Shown one piece after another: positions 63,249 to 64,000 of a stretch of DNA of 64,000 nucleotides (within the stretch, counting starts at the first letter, position 1; each line of letters begins with the position of its first letter). The translations under genes were made by a program, and so were the position numbers. This DNA is from Octopus vulgaris. Lineage: Eukaryota. The stretch lies in the NCBI GenBank assembly GCA_951406725.2, contig OX597819.1, positions 99,076,001 through 99,140,000 on the forward strand, written 5' to 3'. The notes under the pieces are model-generated. The model saw only the letters and a list, made by a program, of their open reading frames with translations, was not told where the DNA came from and ran no database searches.

Positions 63249-64000
63249 GGTCACCTTCGAGTGCTACTGGTAACATGTAACCCAGTACAACCTGTTGCAT
63301 GGTCGGGTCGTCGGCGACTAAACTGGCAACCCCACCAAGCTTGCTTGGTGAGGAGGGTGTTTATTGGACACCCTGCGGGATGGAAAACAAAACCCGTCAA
63401 AGGGCGGAGGACCTCTTGAGAGTCAACGGCCATCCAATAAATGATATAAAACCAGATATGCAGGGAATGGCATTGAACATTTTGGGGATCTTTGGTTTGT
63501 GATAAAGATCACGGCGCTCCCACATCCCTGAGCCTGCGACTCATATTGGCACCAGACATCTTGCTCCGGCTTGTCTCTGGATAATGTCAACAGAGTGGAG
63601 AAGGTCTGTGAGGTGTTGTGCAAGCCTTATTGGGCCTAAAACTCTGCACAGGCATTGCCGACCTCGTTTATTTTCTTATATATATATCTATCTTATTTTT
63701 AGTATATATTTTCTTCATTTTTAGTATTTTATTTATTTATTTATTTATTTATTTATTTTATTCGGAAGTCCTGCGGCGATGGAAAGGTGGTGAAGCATGC
63801 AGACCTGACGGGTTGGAAGCTTGTAGTCAGCGACCTGCACGTAGGCGGCCCATGCTAGATATAAAGTCGTCTCCTTGTCGCCCAAGACAGCGGTAGGATT
63901 CGGTTGCTGCATGGGTGTCTGAGCAGCTCCATTTGGGGAGGGCACTGCTCACCTGGAGACCGGGGAGGTTCTAGAAAAGGTGAACCAAAAATTGCCTGTC
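63249..64000 (+). mobile_element. Probable 5' UTR of an RTE-like LINE running off the window
   Basis: GC-richer structured block starting right after (GTAT)n with an HDV-like fold at its start; no ORF visible in the window. Confidence 0.4.

Noticed and set aside
63317-63360. Twister ribozyme (CTAA...GGAGGG)
   Set aside because: The conserved twister L4/pseudoknot elements could not be placed; an HDV-like fold fits the upstream sequence better

Overview
AT-rich, microsatellite-saturated animal genomic DNA; the SINE families suggest an octopus/cephalopod (inference). The only clear gene is an intact, intronless DPM1 (37487-38215, +). The rest is transposon debris: tRNA-derived SINEs, RTE/CR1/L1-Tx1 LINE fragments, mariner copies, non-autonomous Helitrons, MITEs and Penelope-like palindromes. 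A near-identical 7.8-kb duplication across a 100-N gap is probably an assembly artefact. Four observations stand out. (1) A 5.1-kb composite TIR element (2861-7993) has a perfect 8-bp TSD and carries cargo. (2) A 352-bp retrozyme-like unit occurs in tandem and inverted and contains a minimal hammerhead ribozyme. (3) Several further hammerhead-like families have non-canonical cores (U4C, A6U, U3-A8). (4) An HDV-like fold sits at the 5' end of a probable RTE. All structures were read by eye; repeat boundaries are approximate unless a TSD or terminus is quoted.
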